A stretch of 64,000 nucleotides of DNA from Verrucomicrobiota bacterium (GTDB lineage Bacteria; Verrucomicrobiota; Verrucomicrobiia; Limisphaerales; AAA164-E04): assembly GCA_047947115.1 (NCBI GenBank), contig CP170459.1, forward strand, positions 3,136,001-3,200,000, read 5' to 3'. A program made the translations under genes and the position numbers. Positions within the stretch are counted from its first letter, which is position 1; each line of letters starts with the position of its first letter. Positions 63,491 to 64,000 of the stretch are shown here, one piece after another. Under the pieces are notes generated by a model, which did not search any database, was not told the DNA's origin, and saw only the letters and a program-made list of their open reading frames with translations.

Positions 63491-64000
63491 ATGAGAAAGA
63501 AGCTCATCTATTCCTCAATTCTTGTTCTGCTCGGCGTCAATGTGACGGTGGGGCTTTTGCTTTATCTGGAAACGGCCCGTGCCTCATCGGGAGACGATCC
63601 TTTCGAGAACTTCGAGTTATTCGCCAGAGTGGTTGAGCGCGTGCGTTCGGATTACGTTGAAGGTCATAAGCTTACCTATCGCGAGTTGATCGAAAGCGCT
63701 TTAAAGGGAATGCTGGGATCTCTGGATCCACATAGCGAGTTCATGGAACCCGTCCAATATGATGAGCTTAAAAAGGATACGGAAGGCGCTTTTGGCGGGG
63801 TAGGGATCGTGGTGACCATGGAGGAAAACAAGAGTTACCTGACGGTTGTATCACCCATGGCCGATACGCCAGCCTATCGAGCAGGTATTATTTCGGGCGA
63901 CCGCATTGTCAAAATTGATCAGCGCAGTACTGAAGGAATCAGCTTGCAGCAAGCTGTTGAACGGCTGCGCGGCGAACCGGGGACCGAAGTCACCATCACG
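63491..64000 (+). CDS. S41 carboxyl-terminal processing protease (partial, runs off the window end)
   Basis: Manual translation: MRKKLIYSS...(TM)...VRSDYVE...ALKGMLGSLDPHSEF...FGGVGIVV...VVSPMADTPAYRAGI (PDZ). Confidence 0.92.
   Translation, partial: MRKKLIYSSILVLLGVNVTVGLLLYLETARASSGDDPFENFELFARVVERVRSDYVEGHKLTYRELIESALKGMLGSLDPHSEFMEPVQYDELKKDTEGAFGGVGIVVTMEENKSYLTVVSPMADTPAYRAGIISGDRIVKIDQRSTEGISLQQAVERLRGEPGTEVTIT

Overview
A bacterial chromosomal window. The gene content suggests a Verrucomicrobiota/PVC organism; this is inferred from PVC-type heme/propeller proteins, DUF1080 proteins, a sulfatase and DapL. Housekeeping genes (uvrC, dapL, nadB, panC, leuS, citrate synthase, sucCD, ispD, an S41 protease) are mixed with exported carbohydrate and redox enzymes and an ECF sigma operon. 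The dominant feature is a ~20.3 kb gene (31348-51669) for a ~6,770-aa surface protein. It has 19 near-identical 369-bp repeats, 8 mosaic 369-bp repeats and 3 diverged copies, all choice-of-anchor-D-like Ig domains. These are followed by ~17 tandem-95/cadherin-like repeats, 4 He_PIG-like domains and a distinctive C-terminal module. An outer-membrane beta-barrel gene starts 4 nt after its stop, and no T1SS, T5SS or T9SS hallmarks are visible. This giant protein plus barrel is the best candidate for an undescribed export/anchoring system. Other oddities: a frameshifted GH42 lacking the canonical acid/base Glu, a HEAT-like gene split by one in-frame TAG, a decayed ABC-permease remnant, and an AT-rich nucleotidyltransferase/small-ORF pair. 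No rRNA, tRNA, CRISPR or IS element was seen. Family names come from motif recognition by eye, not database searches.
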